A stretch of 64,000 bases of DNA, taken from assembly GCA_947054505.1 (NCBI GenBank), contig CAMRWU010000002.1:6214-70213 (forward strand), written 5' to 3'. Position numbers and translations under genes: made by a program. The stretch comes from an uncultured Pseudomonadota bacterium. Its GTDB lineage: Bacteria > Pseudomonadota > Alphaproteobacteria > RF32 > CAG-239. Below are positions 60,488-64,000 of this stretch, in pieces (position 1 is the stretch's first letter; every line of letters begins with the position of its first letter). Below the pieces are notes generated by a model. It was not told where the DNA came from, ran no database searches, and was given only the letters and a program-made list of their open reading frames with translations.

Positions 60488-61189
60488 ATGACAACACAAG
60501 GTACGGCTGTGACGCAAAGCCGTACGACAGCAAATTTAGAACAATATATCGGCTCCGGCGCCATGTCTTCAGCTTCCGCATTAAAAAGATATGCGCAATG
60601 CAATTGTCCTGCCGAATATAATAAAGATTCTTGTCCATCCAACTCTGTTTGTGAAGAATGTGACGGCAAATTCAAGAAAACCGGTTGTAACAGTGAATAC
60701 AACCGAACATTCACAGAAATAACAATAATAAAAGAAAATGCAAGTTGTCTGCGCTGTACTCATGAGGGCGTCACTCTTTATAGCTGTACTTGCAAAAGCG
60801 GATATGTTTTGAAGAAAGGTTCTACCCTCAAAGAAGACACATGTGTTCCGGACTGTGCCGGCTACACATTGACAACATGCCCTCCGGGAGGAATATGCGA
60901 AGAGTGTACGGTCAACAATACGACGAAACATCGCCTGAAAGATTGCGACGGAAGCAAAGGTTGGAAATACGGAAGCGGAACTTGTGAAGCCGTTCCTTGC
61001 ACCACGGGCTATACGGCCGATGTGACAACCTGCGCCAGTGGTAGCACCAAGCCGGATATTAGCTTGAGTGATGATTGGTCCGGTGGTCAACACTGCACAT
61101 CACTGGGATACACCAAAAATATATTAAACTGCATCGACAGAAACATCATCAAATGTCCGTTCGACAGTTCTAAAATATCATGTTTTTAA
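60488..61189 (+). CDS. cysteine-rich protein (module 2; same frame as 60032..60487, no signal peptide of its own)
   Basis: 233 aa with >25 Cys; C-terminal motif CTSLGYTK...C...KCPFDSSKISCF. Confidence 0.5.
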   Translation: MTTQGTAVTQSRTTANLEQYIGSGAMSSASALKRYAQCNCPAEYNKDSCPSNSVCEECDGKFKKTGCNSEYNRTFTEITIIKENASCLRCTHEGVTLYSCTCKSGYVLKKGSTLKEDTCVPDCAGYTLTTCPPGGICEECTVNNTTKHRLKDCDGSKGWKYGSGTCEAVPCTTGYTADVTTCASGSTKPDISLSDDWSGGQHCTSLGYTKNILNCIDRNIIKCPFDSSKISCF

Positions 61190-61213
61190 CACACCACGTT
61201 GAGGAGAAAATCT

Positions 61214-61723
61214 ATGCGTAACTTTTATCCTACAAAACTTATCTTGCCAACTCTGGCTTTGGGTTTCTCCCTGACAATGGGAACAAGCCTCTACGCCGCA
61301 TGCGTCCCCGATGACTGCGCATCGTTAGGATACACAAAATCCGCTTCCGAATGCGCCGGAATGGAGACAATCAAATGTCCGTTTGATGATAGCAAACTTT
61401 ACTGCCCTCAACCTCTTGTTATCTGTACGGAAGAAGATAGCGAATTTTGCAAAGAAAAATTCACATGTAGCCCTATCTGCTCCGGATACGAAAAAACGAT
61501 GAAGTATGAAGCCGAAATCAATTACAGAACCAATCAAATTTGTAAACCTGCCTATGCTGATGTAAACATTGATACAACCAAAGAAAAATGGGTAATTAGA
61601 TGGTGTATTGATGAATGTAAAGACGAATTAAAGTTTAGTTGTAAAAAGGAACCTCTCCCCGAGAAAAGCACCGAGATAGACATGACTACAAGCGAACAAA
61701 ACAAGTCAGAGGGATGGACATAA
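61214..61723 (+). CDS. cysteine-rich lipoprotein, paralog of 60488..61189
   Basis: lipobox-like signal (LYAAC); shares CASLGYTK...C...KCPFDDSKLYC with the upstream gene. Confidence 0.55.
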   Translation: MRNFYPTKLILPTLALGFSLTMGTSLYAACVPDDCASLGYTKSASECAGMETIKCPFDDSKLYCPQPLVICTEEDSEFCKEKFTCSPICSGYEKTMKYEAEINYRTNQICKPAYADVNIDTTKEKWVIRWCIDECKDELKFSCKKEPLPEKSTEIDMTTSEQNKSEGWT

Positions 61724-61933
61724 TCAACTCCAGCTACAGGACCCCAAAGAGGAAATAGTGGCGGCAGTGGATCAACTGGAGGCGACATCATTTGTAAAAA
61801 ATTTCGAAATATATGCGGGATGTATTGTCCTTGCATGAGAACGTTTCTTGATGGAGCGCATTTACAAGAAACTCAAGATAAAATACGCGGAGACGAAGGT
61901 TGGAATGATTGCAAATGTTCAAAAATTTCAATA
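61724..61933 (+). pseudogene. in-frame open extension downstream of TAA 61721..61723 encoding a Gly/Ser linker plus Cys-rich module (possible readthrough, disrupted gene or mis-called stop)
   Basis: 69 stop-free codons in the same frame as 61214..61723, encoding ...SGGSGSTGGDIICKKFRNICGMYCPCM...DCKCSKISI, whose ending resembles the family C-terminal motif. Confidence 0.3.
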
Positions 61934-61995
61934 TAATAGTTCTCCCACAAAAAAATCCTCCTGAAATTCAGGAGGATTTTTTCAATTATTACCGT

Positions 61996-64000
61996 TTATT
62001 TTCCGTAATAAGCATTCAAATACATTTGTTTAATATCTGAAATCAACGGATAAACAGGGTTTGCACCGGTGCATTGATCATCAAATGCCAACTCGGACAA
62101 TTCATCCAACCCTTTCAGGAATGTTTTTTCATCAACACCCCAATCTTTGATGGTTGCCGGAATACCGATAGACTTCTTGAGTTTCTCAATCGCCTTAATC
62201 AGGTTTTCTACTTTCTCATCATCGGTTTTGCCACCCAAATTCAAACTTTCGGCAACACGGGCATAACGACGTTTGCCCTGCGGATAATGATACTGAGAGA
62301 ATGTTCCCTGTTTTGCCGGACAATCATTGGCATTATAACGAATAACTTCATTAATCATCAAAGCATTCGCCACACCATGCGGAATGTTATAAGCGCTACC
62401 CAGCTTGTGAGCCATAGAGTGACAAACACCCAAAAAGGCCTGAGAAAATGCCATACCGGCCATCGTAGCGGCATAGTGCATATTTTCACGAGCAATCGGA
62501 TTATTAGCACCGTCATTAACTGATTTTTCCAAGTTTTCAAAAATCAGATGAATAGCTTCAATCGCAATACCATCCGTAAACGGTGTTGCCAATGTTGAAG
62601 CTAAGGCTTCCAAAGCATGTGTCAGAGCATCAATACCCGAAGCGGCCGCCAAACCTCTCGGCATGGAGTAGACCAAATCCGGATCAATAATAGCCATATT
62701 CGGTGTCAAAGCATAATCGGCAATCGGATATTTGATATGAGAATCTGAATCGGTAATAACCGCAAACGGAGTTACCTCTGAACCTGTTCCCGATGTTGTC
62801 GGAATAGCAACCATCTGAGCCTTAGAACCCAAATCGGGGAAACGGCAAACACGTTTACGAATATCCATAAAGCGCATTGCCAAATCCTCAAACTTGACTT
62901 CCGGATGCTCATACATCAACCAAACAATCTTAGCCGCATCCATCGGAGAACCACCGCCCAACGCGATAATAACATCCGGCTCAAAGTTACGAGCCATTAC
63001 CAATGCTCGGCTAACCGTATCGGTATCCGGATCAGGAGCCACTTCAGAGAAAATCTGATAAGCGATGCCCAAATCTTCCAAAACATCAGTAATTTTCTTG
63101 GTATAACCGAGCTGGAACAACGGTTTGTCGGTAACGATTAAAGCTTTTTTATGACCTTCCAACTCACGCAGAGCAAAACCGACTGCGCCTTGTTTGAAGT
63201 AAATTTTTGGAGGAACTCTGAACCACAACATATTTTCACGTCTTTCAGCAACATTTTTAATATTAAGCAAGTGTTTTACACCAACGTTTTCACTGGCAGC
63301 ATTACCGCCCCAAGAACCGCATCCCAATGTCAGAGACGGATCCAAACGGAAGTTAAACAAATCGCCGATACCGCCATGAGATGACGGAGTGTTAACCAAC
63401 AGACGACCTGTTTCAACACGGTTGCTGAAATAATCAATACGATCTTGGTTCTGGTTTGCCGTGTACAAAACAGCCGTATGTCCGGGGCCGCCGAACATAA
63501 CCAAAGCTTCTGCCTTGTCAACACCTTCTTCAAAAGACTTAACCTTGTACAAAGCCAAAACCGGAGACAATTTTTCAAAAGAGAACGGCTCATGCGTACC
63601 GACCTCTTCAGCCTCACCGATAAGAACCTTGGTACCGGCAGGAACTTTAATTCCGGCCATCTCGGCAATCTTACAAGCAGACTGACCGGCAATGGCGGCA
63701 TTCAATTTACCATTCTGAACGATTGTGGCCGCAACTTTATCGCGTTCTTTTTTATTCAGAATATAAGCTCCGCGATAAGCAAACTCTTCTTTAACGGCAT
63801 CATAAACTTTTTCATGAACAATAACAGATTGCTCAGAAGCACAGATAACACCGTTATCAAATGTCTTAGACATCAAAATCGAGCTGACAGCCATTTTAAT
63901 ATCAGCCGTCTCATCGACAATTGCCGGAACGTTACCGGCACCGACACCCAAAGCAGGCTTTCCGGAAGAATAAGCTGATTTAACCATCCCCGGACCACCG
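61996..64000 (-). CDS. adhE: bifunctional aldehyde/alcohol dehydrogenase AdhE (C-terminal ~665 aa; gene continues past the window end)
   Basis: Fe-ADH domain with GGGSPMDAAK and metal-ligand His motifs, preceded by the ALDH-domain catalytic-Cys region (GVICASEQS); N-terminus lies beyond position 64000. Confidence 0.85.
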   Translation of the reverse strand, partial: GGPGMVKSAYSSGKPALGVGAGNVPAIVDETADIKMAVSSILMSKTFDNGVICASEQSVIVHEKVYDAVKEEFAYRGAYILNKKERDKVAATIVQNGKLNAAIAGQSACKIAEMAGIKVPAGTKVLIGEAEEVGTHEPFSFEKLSPVLALYKVKSFEEGVDKAEALVMFGGPGHTAVLYTANQNQDRIDYFSNRVETGRLLVNTPSSHGGIGDLFNFRLDPSLTLGCGSWGGNAASENVGVKHLLNIKNVAERRENMLWFRVPPKIYFKQGAVGFALRELEGHKKALIVTDKPLFQLGYTKKITDVLEDLGIAYQIFSEVAPDPDTDTVSRALVMARNFEPDVIIALGGGSPMDAAKIVWLMYEHPEVKFEDLAMRFMDIRKRVCRFPDLGSKAQMVAIPTTSGTGSEVTPFAVITDSDSHIKYPIADYALTPNMAIIDPDLVYSMPRGLAAASGIDALTHALEALASTLATPFTDGIAIEAIHLIFENLEKSVNDGANNPIARENMHYAATMAGMAFSQAFLGVCHSMAHKLGSAYNIPHGVANALMINEVIRYNANDCPAKQGTFSQYHYPQGKRRYARVAESLNLGGKTDDEKVENLIKAIEKLKKSIGIPATIKDWGVDEKTFLKGLDELSELAFDDQCTGANPVYPLISDIKQMYLNAYYGK

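Noticed and set aside
60478-60490. A7 homopolymer just before the TAA at ~60485 as a slipped-strand phase-variation switch fusing the two Cys-rich ORFs
   Set aside because: Both ORFs are already in the same frame, so a +/-1 indel in the A-tract would not fuse them; the separating feature is an in-frame stop, not a frameshift.
1-64000. CRISPR arrays and rRNA genes
   Set aside because: No regularly spaced direct repeats or rRNA-like segments were seen anywhere in the window.

Overview
This window looks like a core chromosomal segment of a low-GC, probably anaerobic alphaproteobacterium, interrupted by a ~12 kb island that carries a candidate Argonaute-based defense operon. The alphaproteobacterial assignment is an inference from a clear GcrA homolog, a long-linker FtsZ and a CcrM-like beta-class MTase; the anaerobic lifestyle from single-chain PFOR and AdhE. 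Housekeeping content includes gcrA, motAB, PFOR, msrA, nagAB, a compact dcw cluster (mraY-ftsW-murG-murB-ftsQ-ftsA-ftsZ), rsmB-like, flgB-flgC-fliE, an alpha2-type glyQS, two HAD hydrolases, an MBL hydrolase, a CCA/polyA-polymerase-family enzyme, yeaD-like, a MATE pump, a Mla/Mce ABC system, an ArsR-CadA-CopZ metal cassette and the C-terminal two-thirds of AdhE at the window end. The island (~30.8-43.1 kb) starts at the 3' end of tRNA-Gln(UUG) and carries two serine recombinases, one reading through the tRNA on the opposite strand. It also carries a Rep-like protein, an XRE regulator, two envelope proteins, a small FimB/FimE-sized tyrosine recombinase next to repeated TTATAATGAGT motifs, and a two-gene operon encoding a ~730-aa prokaryotic Argonaute with a degenerate (inactive) PIWI active site plus a 375-aa partner with a C-terminal PD-(D/E)xK-like nuclease motif. 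That operon is the most notable feature. Other things worth a second look are a second tRNA-Gln(CUG) followed by duplicated tRNA-3'-end and terminator modules, a tandem family of cysteine-rich secreted proteins split by in-frame TAA codons, two paralogous large unknown proteins sharing an SG[SA]ANAH motif, two paralogous FHA-domain proteins, and a terminator-flanked candidate sRNA. All calls rest on reading the translated ORFs and sequence by eye; no database searches were run. The ORF track appears to use alternative start codons (TTG), so several starts were re-placed at ATG codons with an upstream RBS.
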